This document shows, one piece after another, positions 12,689 to 24,263 of a stretch of 55,835 nucleotides of DNA (its first letter is position 1; every line of letters starts with the position of its first letter). The notes under the pieces were generated by a model that was not told the DNA's origin, did no database searches, and was given only the letters and a program-made list of their open reading frames with translations. Where the stretch lies: positions 1 through 55,835 of the forward strand of contig MU271481.1 of assembly GCA_021432655.1 (NCBI GenBank), written 5' to 3'. Origin of the DNA: Atractiella rhizophila. Taxonomy: Eukaryota. The position numbers were made by a program, and so were the translations under genes.

Positions 12689-14115
12689 CTACGCGTCGAC
12701 AGCTTTTTGAGCCATCTGTAAAGCCCCCTCTTTTGTCTTGTTCCCTCCGATGAAACCACTGGCATGAACGAAGACACAACCATCAATGCCAGTCAACTTG
12801 CTCAACTGATCGTCCCTTACACCTCTCCAAGGCTCTGGCAGCGCTTTCCGGCTCTCAAAGCTGCCTTCTTCTTTCGGTACGGCTTGGACTCTCCAATTTG
12901 GACCATCCTCGGGATAAAGGATGTAAAGTGTCGAGGAATCTTTTGCTTCCTCTTCAAGTGTTGAGAGATGATCCTAAGGACAGCTCCAACTTGAATGATG
13001 TCTTTAGAGGACGGAATAACCCATACCTTCCAAGGTGCGAACTTTTCCAGCTCAATAATGCCGTTCTTTCGCCCTTTGAAGGCTCTCTCGACAATCTCCC
13101 TCGCTGGGAACCAAGAATCGTGCAGGCTTTGGAGAGCTTCGAAGAACTCCCCACCAGCGAGGACGGACGCTTTGAGGAATAGATCATCTTGATCTGCAGG
13201 AGTACTGGAGACATTCCAAGCCGGATTCAGCTTGTGAAACGGTTCAGAAACAAGATGCGAGGAGAAACGCAAGTGCGTACTCTGCTGATCCTCGAAGGAA
13301 GATCGGTTGACGACTTGTAGTTCCTTTTGATTTNNNNNNNNNNNNNNNNNNNNNNNNNNNNNNNNNNNNNNNNNNNNNNNNNNNNNNNNNNNNNNNNNNN
13401 NNNNNNNNNNNNNNNNNNNNNNNNNNNNNNNNNNNNNNNNNNNNNNNNNNNNNNNNNNNNNNNNNNNNNNNNNNNNNNNNNNNNNNNNNNNNNNNNNNNN
13501 NNNNNNNNNNNNNNNNNNNNNNNNNNNNNNNNNNNNNNNNNNNNNNNNNNNNNNNNNNNNNNNNNNNNNNNNNNNNNNNNNNNNNNNNNNNNNNNNNNNN
13601 NNNNNNNNNNNNNNNNNNNNNNNNNNNNNNNNNNNNNNNNNNNNNNNNNNNNNNNNNNNNNNNNNNNNNNNNNNNNNNNNNNNNNNNNNNNNNNNNNNNN
13701 NNNNNNNNNNNNNNNNNNNNNNNNNNNNNNNNNNNNNNNNNNNNNNNNNNNNNNNNNNNNNNNNNNNNNNNNNNNNNNNNNNNNNNNNNNNNNNNNNNNN
13801 NNNNNNNNNNNNNNNNNNNNNNNNNNNNNNNNNNNNNNNNNNNNNNNNNNNNNNNNNNNNNNNNNNNNNNNNNNNNNNNNNNNNNNNNNNNNNNNNNNNN
13901 NNNNNNNNNNNNNNNNNNNNNNNNNNNNNNNNNNNNNNNNNNNNNNNNNNNNNNNNNNNNNNNNNNNNNNNNNNNNNNNNNNNNNNNNCATGAAAAGTGC
14001 CAGAATGTGTTCCGATCAACTTTTTATTTTCGTTGCTCATGACAGACAGAGATGTGCGATGGATCTGAGGGGATATTCGAAGTGGAACTTTTCGAGGAAA
14101 CCGAGACAAAAACAT
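12689..14115 (-). CDS. MYG1: MYG1/UPF0160 family exonuclease (interrupted by assembly gap)
   Basis: N-terminal IGTHSGTFH, central LNPAWN, C-terminal CVFVHASGFIGGNKTKEGALQMAQKA; stop at 12689-12691. Confidence 0.93.
13334..13988. other. Assembly gap (N-run) inside MYG1
   Basis: Run of n. Confidence 1.
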
Positions 14116-14280
14116 CCACCAAGTCCAAGATGTGTGTCAAGTGAAAGACTAGAGCGAGACTACGGTTTCAAGCTGACTACCCGCCTAGAGAACCATATTT
14201 CGGCACGATGGCAGCTTGGCTGAACCGTCCCTCCATCTGTTGTTTAATCTTTTTCCTAAAGGGTCTTAAAACCCTCGCTT

Positions 14281-15692
14281 ATGCTCAGACGCCTGTGCGG
14301 ATTGACGGGCCATAACTCACGCCTGTTTTCAGCAATCCCGTTTCACAAGATGTCAAGCAAACCACAGATTGTGGTAGACTTCATCGTTGAGCAGGTGAAA
14401 CAGCACAAGGAGGTCAGAAAGGACCCTTTGTTTGTCGGCATACAAGGACCTCAAGGCAGTGGTGAGTTTAGTCTCGGATGCCTTTGAAACTTCGAAACCG
14501 GCGGCTGTTTCTTGCATCCGCTACTTCCACTGGCGCAACTCGATGCTTGTTTTTGGAATCAAAAGTCTTTTGTCAAAAAGTTTGCGCGATATCATTGTGC
14601 AGACTGCCATCTGTTTCGAGAAATGGCAAGATGAAAGGATGTGTGATCATGTCTATTGCTATTGACCGATATTGTATGCTCTTCTTCTGCTAGACACGAC
14701 CTTCCAGTGTGATCACCTTTGGTGCAGAGAATTGAACCTACATTCGCAATAATCTGTGAATGTGGCTTGGATGTCTTGATTCTTGCATCTTGTCATTTGT
14801 GACGTTGTATGGCTGATCCACCCCATTCATCTTACTGACGTCCAATCCAGGTAAATCCCATCTCTCTCGTCTCCTCGAGATCTCGCTACCGTCCCCTCCA
14901 CATTCGTACAAAACGCTCATCCTTTCACTGGATGATCTCTATCTTCCCTTCCAAGAGCAATCTTCACTTTCCCGCCAGCATCCTTCCAACGATCTTCTAA
15001 CCGGCCGCGGTCCACCGGGCACACACGATTTGCCGTTAGCTCTTGAGGTTTTTGGGAAATTGAGAAGGAGAGAAGAGCTGACGCTTCCTTCATACGACAA
15101 GAGTTTACACGATGGACGTGGTGATCGGGTAGAAGGGAGAATGGTGGTACATGGTAACTTAGCAAAAGAAGTGGAGATTGTGATCTTTGAAGGCTGGATG
15201 GTTGGCTTCTCTCCCCTTGCGGAACGACATTTGGTGGAGCGTTGGGAGAACGCGAAGGATGGAGAATGGATCAAGAGATACAGTCTCGAAACGCTGCTGG
15301 ACTCGAACCGAAGATTGATCGCTTATCAAGCGTTGTGGAAAGAGATAGATTGTTTCGTGCAGATTAATCCAGAGAAGACAGATTATGTCTGGGAGTGGAG
15401 GCTGGAGCAAGAACATAACATGAAGGCTAAGAATGGCGGGAAGGGGATGACAGATGAGGAGGTGAAAGCTTTTATATCTAGGTGAGCATTTCAAGCCAGC
15501 ATCTGCACTCGAGACTGATGTGCCTGTAGATATATGCCTAGTTACGAGCTTTTTCAAGGTGGAATCCGTGATGGCGCACCGAAGGAAATCACGGATTCTT
15601 CAGACAAGAAAATTGCCCCAAATTGGAAGGGACATGGTCTACAAATCACCATTGGACGCGGAAGGGAAGTCTTGGATACACAAAACTTCTGA
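14281..15692 (+). CDS. TDA10: P-loop kinase, TDA10 / D-glycerate 3-kinase (GLYK) family
   Basis: PLFVGIQGPQGSG|KS Walker A split by intron 14462-14850; LSLDDLYL, GRGPPGTHDL, YDKSLHDGRGDR, IFEGWMVGF, WRLEQEH, GMTDEEV..F..RYMPSYEL; stop TGA 15690-15692. Confidence 0.9.
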
Positions 15693-15721
15693 AGGCTTCC
15701 AAGCGCCTATTTCTCCCAAAG

Positions 15722-15812
15722 NNNNNNNNNNNNNNNNNNNNNNNNNNNNNNNNNNNNNNNNNNNNNNNNNNNNNNNNNNNNNNNNNNNNNNNNNNNNNNN
15801 NNNNNNNNNNNN
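15722..15812. other. Assembly gap (N-run)
   Basis: Run of n. Confidence 1.
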
Positions 15813-16889
15813 TTGTATAGCATCAATGGCATCAATTGGTCTCATGAAATCGAGCTCCAATTCGAAGCGCTTGAACCTGCTTGCACCAATTGGCAAGTCA
15901 GACGAACGGTAATTACAATAAATAACGTTCCCTTTTCCTCTTCCTGTGAGCTTTTTCTCCCAAAAGCAACCAACGCTTCAACAGCCACTCAACTTGAGCC
16001 ATACCGTACCACTGGGCGGCGTCGCGTATGTGTGTTAGAAATGTTTGGCGACGCGGAAGCTGCTTGATGGACTTGATTGAAACAGTGAATCTGGGCAGCC
16101 GCGATTGGTGAGCATTGTAATGATTTGCCTTTTCAGCGCCACAACTCCTGGCGAATCATCCATCAGATTGCCAGATTCACATTGTCTTGGACATTGCAAG
16201 TCTGAAAGAACTCAACTGCGCAAATGCATAGTTCAAGAGGCCGTGTTTGAGGGACGAAGATTGTGATGGCTTGACATGTCAGACTGTCATTTTCATGTCT
16301 TCTGATTTTGATTGAGAACTCCAAGAGAGGAAGATGAACGAGTCGCCTTGCGCTCGCTTGTTGATCACGCAGTCAAGGCTTCCCGACTTTCAATCCTTGC
16401 ATTCATTTGGGTTCACTTCTCGGTATCAACACGCACATGCCTGCGCATTCGAAATGGCGATGATGTTGTTCTATCTCGTTCATCACACATCACCAGATCC
16501 ACGCGACCTCCGCGCTGTAAGGCCTTTCTGGTTTTTGGGAGGGCTTTCAGGCTAGTGTGCAGTCCACATATGCCTCTGCTAACATCGTTGCATTGTATCA
16601 TTATGCCTCCTGACATCCGCTGCTTTCCCCATCTTTATATTTCGCAGTTTTTCGCTCACATCGGGCTTTTGGTAAAGCGGAACCGTACCTTATCAATGGC
16701 AAAGCATGTGGTGGATCTCGGCAGTGCCATTATTCAGTGGCTGATAAGGTTGTGAGCTTGCGATAAAAACTCCCCACCTCGCTGTCGAGTGACCCATCGA
16801 AATTTTTTTCGTATCGCTCCCTGGGCTTGACCACTGCTTTTGCCTGCTCCTCATTCGTTCAGCAGCAGTTCCCTTGACAAGAAGCAGAA

Positions 16890-19040
16890 ATGGATCCTAG
16901 TCAATCTGCCCCCGTCGTGGAGGAGAAGAAGGACGTGTCTAACGTACGTTTCCCAATCTCGAGCTAATGCCGTCTCATGGACGTGCCGTGCCATAGATGA
17001 CCGTCCTGCCCATGTACAACAAGCCGGAGCCTCAGAGGAGGACGAGCTCTGGCGTGTCGACTGACGAGAAGGCTGATTTGAAGGAGGGAGAGACGACTAC
17101 TCATGACGTAGAGCCAGCCCACAGCGAGAAAAAGAGTGGATTATACCAAAAGCTTAGGATTCCCATTCATGTTGGTTTCTCTTTGACATGACGCCCTGTC
17201 GCTGACGGATTTGTAGATTGGTCTTTTTGCTTTGATCCTTGCGTCAGTTCCTAAACTTTTTGATTTGAATGGAGAAAGCGAATAAGAATTGTAGATGGTG
17301 GATCTCTGGCATTGTCCTCAAGGCGACCCGTCATCGTTGGATCCAATCCACCATCCTTGCCTGGTTCTTCCTCCTCTGCATCATCTCGCGGCACATCCCC
17401 TTCTCGCCTCTGGGAAAGCCCATTGGTGCTGCTTGGAACACTGTCGTCGGCAAACCGTTCTGGGCCTTGCCTTACGTCGCCAGGCTTGGTCTGGGAGTCG
17501 TCAGTCTGCTCGCTTTGGTGCTTGGAACCGCCTTCGGTGTCGAACTCAGGGACGGCTCGAACTACGGTGACAGGGCGAGATGTCTCTTTGGATTGGCCGT
17601 TTTCCAAGCTGCATTCGCCCTTACTTCGACCAACATTCGTAAAGTCCAATGGGGTCAGCTCTTTGGTTGGTTTGAAAGATTAGGGCTGATGGGCAGCTGG
17701 TAGATACCGTCATTGTCGGTCTTGGATTCCAGCAGATCCTTGCTCTTTTGGTCTTCAAGACTGGTGCTGGTTTCGACTTCTTTAACTGTGAGTGTTCTTT
17801 ACATTTGCCGTAGTATGAGAAACTGAGTCAATGATGTATTCAGGGATTGCTCAGCTCGCCCAGGATTTCCTTGGCTGCGCTCAAGCTGGTGCTTCCTTCT
17901 TCTTCGGCGCGACCCTTGCCAGCCAGCACTTGTTCTTCGTCTCGACCCTTGCTGCCATCATCTTCTTCATCGCCTTCGTGCAAGCCGCTTACTACATCGG
18001 AGCTATGCAGTGGATCATTGAGAAATTTGCCTGGTTCTTCTTCAAGACCCTCAGGATCTCCGGTGCAGAAGCTGTCGTCGCTGCTTCCTCTCCTTTCATC
18101 GGTCAGGGAGAGTCTGCCTGTTTGGTCCGCCCTTATGTCGCGATGATGACGCCTTCAGAGGTATGTTTAGTTTTTTCGACTTCCTGTGATGCAAACGTTG
18201 AACACATTTGGGTGCAGATTCACCAGACCATGACTTCCGGTTTCGCGACCATCGCAGGATCTGTCTTGGGAGCTTACGTCTCTCTTGGAATGCCTGCCAG
18301 TTACCTCGTCACTTCCGCTGTCATGTCCATCCCTGCCTCCATTGCCATCTCTAAGCTTCGATACCCAGAGGAGGGAGAGCCTCTCACTAAGGGACGCGTT
18401 GTCGTCGCCCGAGATAACGACGATGCCGTCAACATCTTGCACGCCTACTCCAACGGAGCTTGGTTCGGTCTCCGCGTCGCTGGTATGATCCTTGCCAACG
18501 TCGCTACCCTCCTCTCCCTCATTGCCGCCATTGACGGTTTCCTTACCTGGTATGTCACATCATAACGCCAAACTCACTGTTTGTTTGCTTATCCACATTG
18601 AAGGACCGGAAAATCTTTCGGAATCCACCACCTCACTCTCGAACTCATCTTCCAATACATCTTCTACCCAATTGCGTGGTTAATCGGAGTACCCCAGGGA
18701 GAACTTCTCACGGTCTCCAGGCTCATTGGTGTCAAGCTTGTCGCCGTAAGTACACTATTTTAGATGCGAACAAAAGCTGAAGTGATGCGAATAGAACGAG
18801 TTCGTCGCTTACAGCGACCTTCAACCCCTCATCCCCACCCTCAGCCAGCGTGCGTTCACGATCGCAGTCTTCTCCCTCTGTGGATTCGCCAACCTCTCAT
18901 CGCTCGGAATCCAAATCGGAGTGCTGTCCTCCTTGGCCGACAATCAAAAGGTCGTCATCTCTCGCGTCGGTCCCTCCGCCCTCATTTGCGGTTTCATCGC
19001 GACTCTCCAGACCGCTGCTATTGCTGGTATGCTTGTCTGA
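16890..19040 (+). CDS. Concentrative nucleoside transporter (CNT/SLC28, H+/nucleoside symporter)
   Basis: [76 protein letters not shown]; multi-exon. Confidence 0.95.
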
Positions 19041-19364
19041 GGCCTCTTTTCACGGGCTTTCTATTCTCATGTCATGCCAACTTCATGAACGGCTTGTTTA
19101 ATGGTATTAGACTGGTAATGTTGTGTCACGCATGTTTGTTGGGGTAAAATGGATTTGCATTAATTATGCATTCATCTCGCATGGCGAAACAAGATGCTCC
19201 ATATTTAAGCGATTCTCAGTCTGCAGGACAATTTCGCGGTCTCGTGAGCTAGAGGAACCCATGTAGCCTATCACCGAGTATGAGAACCAATTTTTCTCCT
19301 GGATTCTTATTGTGGGGAGATAGAGGACCTCTGGTAACCTGAATTTACATTTGTACAAAGGTGT

Positions 19365-20687
19365 CTACGCCTGCTTAACCTTCTCTGTCAGCTCTGGGAC
19401 GGCGTCGTACAAATCACTATTCCATGGCGGATCAGTTAAATAAACCTCAATGACCTTGCAACGAGCAGACTCACGCAACCAATCCCACATCCGCAACCTG
19501 GAAGATGGGTGCTTCTGGGTCCTGCGTCCCCAACGCATCAGCGATTCCTGATTAGATGACAGCAAAAGAGCATACCTTGTTAATCGCGACGATGACCTTG
19601 GAATCCTTCATGCCAGCCAAATGCTGAATGGCTCCCGAAATTCCCACAGCCACATACAGCTCAGGAGCCACGACCTTTCCAGTCTGTCCGACTTGCAAGG
19701 AGTTGTCGGCATACCCACTGTCGACGGCAGCCCGACTGGCGCCGACTGCAGCCCCAAAAGCGTCAGCGAGGGGAACGATGAGAGAGTCAAAGTTTTCTTT
19801 GTTCTTCAACGCTCTTCCGCCTGAAACGACCCGTGAAGCAGAGCCGAGGTCGGGACGAGTGGAAGTTACGAGCTCGTCGGAGATCCAGGTTGAGAGAGCT
19901 GCGAGGAGCTTGTAAGCTTGATTTTTCGTGCATGAAAGGTTCTGGCATACCTGAACCGATGTTCGCTGCCTCCGCTTCTGCTAGCTCTGCCTCTGAGCTA
20001 CCGTCCTTCGTAGCCTCGAAAGCGCTTGCACGGATAGTTAGAACCTTGTATTTATCTTCTGTAGAGACCGTTGCAAGAGCGTTTCCAGCGTAAATCGGCC
20101 GTTCAAACTCTCCTTCTCCCAAGACTTTAGAGACATCCGAGATCTACTTTGGCCATCAACCACGAATATGAACTTGAGAAGAGAGAAGGGAGCGCACTTG
20201 CTCGACATCCAGCTTGGCGGCGACGCGAGGGAAGATGTTCTTCCCCGTTGCGGTATGACCGCCTACAAAGTGCGTGTAGCCTCCTTCCTCGATCAATTTG
20301 GCGAGCACGGGAGCTGACGGTTCAGGTAACGAGTGTGCCAAGTTTTCAGAAGTTTGAACGAGGAGTTTTTGCAGGGGCAATCTAGCTCGAGCTCACTCAT
20401 TCGGTCCCACCAACCATCAGTTGACTTGACGAATGCACTTACTTCTTTGCTTCTCCTTTCACGCCTTCTAACTCCTCCTTGCTTCCCAATAACACTCCGT
20501 CAACCTCACCCAGTTTCTTCGCAGCCGTTAAAGCGTTCAAAGATGCGGGATTTAGCTTCCCAGACCTGTGCTCGAGGTACAATAGCGTCTTTGCATGTCG
20601 AGCGGTGGAGCTCGAGAAGGCGCGTATGGATGTGCCTTGGGAGCTGCGCCAGATGCATGGAAGTGTACTGGCGACCGCGCGAGACAT
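19365..20687 (-). CDS. ETFA: Electron transfer flavoprotein alpha subunit
   Basis: [75 protein letters not shown]; mitochondrial presequence (yeast AIM45 ortholog). Confidence 0.97.
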
Positions 20688-20909
20688 CGTGCTGATAATT
20701 CTAAGTCTTGTAAAGGGCTAGAAGTCGTCCAAAGTTCTTCCCGCGTCACTACTTGAAAATGAGAAACAAAGCCCCCTAGCCTCCGGTTACTCTGGTTGTG
20801 GCTTAGTAACCGATATATCCGAATGCAAGCCCCACAAATATGGACAACCGCCGAGTTTTAAACGACGAGCAGAGCAGTCGACGCGTCTTAGCAACTCGCC
20901 AGCTACAAA

Positions 20910-23900
20910 ATGGCGGTGGAATCATTGCAATCTTCACCGTCATTGAGCGAAAAAGAGATGGAAAGATTTACCGAGCTGGTCTTGAAGCATCCGGAGGCGT
21001 TGGGGCTGTTTCCTTCAGTGACTTCTGTAAGCCGGGGAAGCGTCATCGACGAGGCTTAGCTGAGCAACGGACGATGAATAGAATGGGGACGTTTACGAAC
21101 CTCTGGAATATTTGGACCTCACCTCGCTGACCCATTTGGCTGATTTGAGCGAGCATTCCGCCTCTGAGCGACTCAATCGCTCCTCTTTCGCATCTTCCCT
21201 CAAAGAAACCCTCCTCGAACATTACTTCGCTGTCTCCCCAAACCCGATATCTTCCCTCGTGTATCCTTCGTTCTTGAAGAGTTATAGAGAGATTGGATTT
21301 AGTGGCGTACTCTCGCCAACTGTGACAAGCGAGTGTGGAGCTACAGGACAAAAGATCCTAGATGTAGAAGAAGATGTTCAGAGGGACTGTTTTGAGATCA
21401 TAGTCATGGCATTGGTTGTACTGGGAGCTCGTGCTAGTCCTCATTCTGTGAGCCTCTCAAGCTCCATTCTATCGCAAATTAATGTGCTGGTGGATAGGCA
21501 ATTCTGGGAACTGATGTGTCGAACTGCCCCTTGAAGCGTAGGAACCGCCCAGACTTGTGAGCTTGCCCGATGTGCTCCATGCGAACTGTATAGCTAATTT
21601 GAAAGCTTGGTTGCAGTCGGAAACTTGGTAGCTCTCGAGAGCCGTTCTGTCAACAATTATCCAAACATCTCATGAATTCTGCCTCTTCCTCATCTGCATT
21701 CAGCCTGAGTCGCTCAGGGCTGTTCGGGATCATGTTTGTACTCCCTCATCCCGTACTGTTCCCTGGCACCATAGTGACGTGAATTTACAGCGCGTTGACA
21801 GAGGCTGTCATGTCCCTCTGTCCTTGGATACAAAACGAATCGGAAGCTCAGATCGTACGAGGTTATCTATCTACAGCGATTGAGAACTTCAAAGAGCTGT
21901 GGAAAAGGGGCGACGCTGAAGGACTCGTGCACTCCTTAGGAGCTAGAATTTGGGTCAGTAGTTCTCGCCTCCATTCACAAGTTCATGGAGTTGACCGTTT
22001 GTCGCTGAACAGTGCATCGACATCGATTTGGCGTTACAAGTGAACAAACAGCCTTTCCTGTGAGTCCTCTTCACTATTCCGCCTGCATGTAACTGATTCG
22101 TTTCGTTTTTCCTTTAAGCGGACATGAGGATATTTTGAGCATCTTCTCGCTAAGCGATTGTCCACCGGAATACCTTCTGTCGTGTCAAGGTATGTTACAT
22201 GCGACGTCTGTCTGGGCACCGAACTCATCCTGCTACAAAGCCCTCCTCCAATCTGATCCCGAGCAACATTTCCGGGACGGTCTTCCCTCTCCGTTCGGTC
22301 CAAAATGTCGAAACAAAGTCCTTCCACTTTCCCTCTACGCTTTGCGACGTACTACCCTCTTAGCCACCCTTTCCGTTCCCTCCCTCACCTTCTCCTCCCT
22401 CCTTCAACTTGTTCAAGCGCTCTTCGTTCTACAAGCTCAGCACGCAAAGTGGTTTCTCGCTCATCGAGAATATATATTCAGGAAAACCACACTTCCTCTC
22501 TCCCCAAGGTCTGCTGCAAGCCATACGCGGATGTTCATCCTGCAAGAATTGGAGAATATCGCTCTTGTTTTTGCTGCTCAGTGGATTTGCGACGAGGCAA
22601 AGAAGTTATGGGGCTGTGTGGACGAGTATCGAGACGATTTGAATGCTATTGGACGAGTAGCAGAGAAAATGACACAGGAGTCGGTTGATCGTGGGCTGAT
22701 GCTTCTTCGGCGTGGATTAACTGTATTTTCACCCCTTTGTTGTGACTGAAAGTTGGACATTGATTTGGATAACTAGGTGGAGGCATTTGAAGAGCTATAT
22801 GGTCCGAAAGGAATGTTTATGTGGAGAGCACATCGCGTCTTTGAAAAATTGCCTGGAGGAGCAGAGTGGTTTTACGACTATTTCAAACGTGCTGAAGGGG
22901 AGACTGAACAAATAAAAAGGCTGAACGACATCGAATCGTAAGCTTGGCATTTCTCGTTGAGAAGCTGAAGATTGACGTAATGAGATAGACTGCTAGACTT
23001 CGCCTCTCCCGCTGCCTGGTTCGGTGCCAGTTATATCGGATGGGTGCGCTTGTTTGAGGATGTCTTGGAGAGGTGCTACATGAGCTTTGACCCGACAACC
23101 GTCGAGGTAAAGTACCTTGAATTCTCCAAACTAGTACTGATTGGCAATGAAGGTCCAGGGAACGAGGCTGAAAGCCGAGTTCATCGCTAAAACTTGGTTG
23201 CCGCCTATCATTGAGCCTTCGACATGTATAACCCCGCTGTTCGCCTCTACACGACCTATCACAGAAAATAATGGTTCAAGCAGCATCATCCATAACAGTC
23301 ATGATCGGGAAAGTAAGACTCAGGAACGTACCACGCGGTCTGCACTGGATAGGGAGGAAGACGAGGACGACTTGGAGCCTTCACGAAAGCGCAGGCGAAG
23401 GACATGTCGGAGATGCAGAAAACCGAGTTGTCGAGGTCACAAAGGTTCGTCTTGCTCCCAAATCTTCAATATTATAACTTACTTTATGCGAGTTCACCAG
23501 ATATCGCCCTATGTCTCGAGAAGCCCAGAATCCCTTGTGCGCGCTGTGGCGGGCTAGAATCATGCCCAAGAGGTGGGGTCGTTTTCCTTCACGGTCTCTG
23601 GAAATAATGGTGGACTTAGGGGCGGATGAGGGACGTGAGTGCAGTAACGCTGATGGTGGTTCTTCGGAACCACAGACAAAACAAGCACGAATAGAGACGA
23701 AGTCGCAACCACGGTGAGTTTTTTCGTCGCCGTAAGGCTCCAGTTAAAGTTTGATTGATCTTTGTGGAAGGAAACGAGATGTCAACGCAGAAAAGGAGCG
23801 AAGAAAGAGCCGCACGTGCCGTCGATGTAGGAAAGACACATGTAAGCTCTTCTTCACTCGCTTCGACCTAAACTTAACTTGTTGAGTAGGTAAAGGGTAC

Positions 23901-24053
23901 ATAGACATTTCTCTTTGCCCTGAGACGCCGAAAGTCGCATGTATTAAGTGCCATCGACTGGACTGTTTGGGGGGTAAGTGCCTGGCGCTCTTAGTAACCT
24001 GTGTTGACACTGCTGGTGCAGGTGCAGATGGTGGCAGACATTGTCAGAATTAG
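20910..24053 (+). CDS. Fungal transcription-factor-domain-like protein with two C-terminal 8-Cys repeats
   Basis: Hand-spliced exons stay in frame from MAVESLQSS (ATG 20910) through LLEHYF...LVVLGARASPHSAILG...GSSREPFC...DIDLALQVNKQPFL to RTCRRCRKPSC and RTCRRCRKDTC; stop TAG 24051-24053; all introns GT..AG, about 50 nt. Confidence 0.7.
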
Positions 24054-24263
24054 GTTTCTTATGTATTATTCTCGTTAGGGATTGTTCAGAACTAGTCACA
24101 TTAATCGATGGATGCGTTTTGTTGTAACTTCTTGATCTCCGACCATTGTAAAGTAGTCACGCAATTATAAATCCTTTATTTCTACCAATCTAATCCAGTT
24201 AAGCATTAAGGAAGCACAAACACAGAAGCACATTGAGAAATTCAACACTAAACAAATCATTGA
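22197..24263. repeat. Tandem segmental duplication, copy 1 (~2.07 kb)
   Basis: Starts acatgcgacgtctgtctggg, ends aacaaatcattga; repeated immediately downstream. Confidence 0.97.

Noticed and set aside
13227..14223. ORFs of 254-298 aa spanning the N-run
   Set aside because: Length is an artefact of the gap
16100..16889. TPP riboswitch upstream of the nucleoside transporter (or in the KGD1 intron)
   Set aside because: Conserved aptamer elements (CTGAGA followed by AC[CT]TGAT..GG[AG]TAAT..C.GCG) not found by eye
3331..20687. Mitochondrial/metabolic gene cluster (KGD1, MYG1, ETF-alpha)
   Set aside because: Different pathways interspersed with unrelated genes; consistent with ordinary gene order
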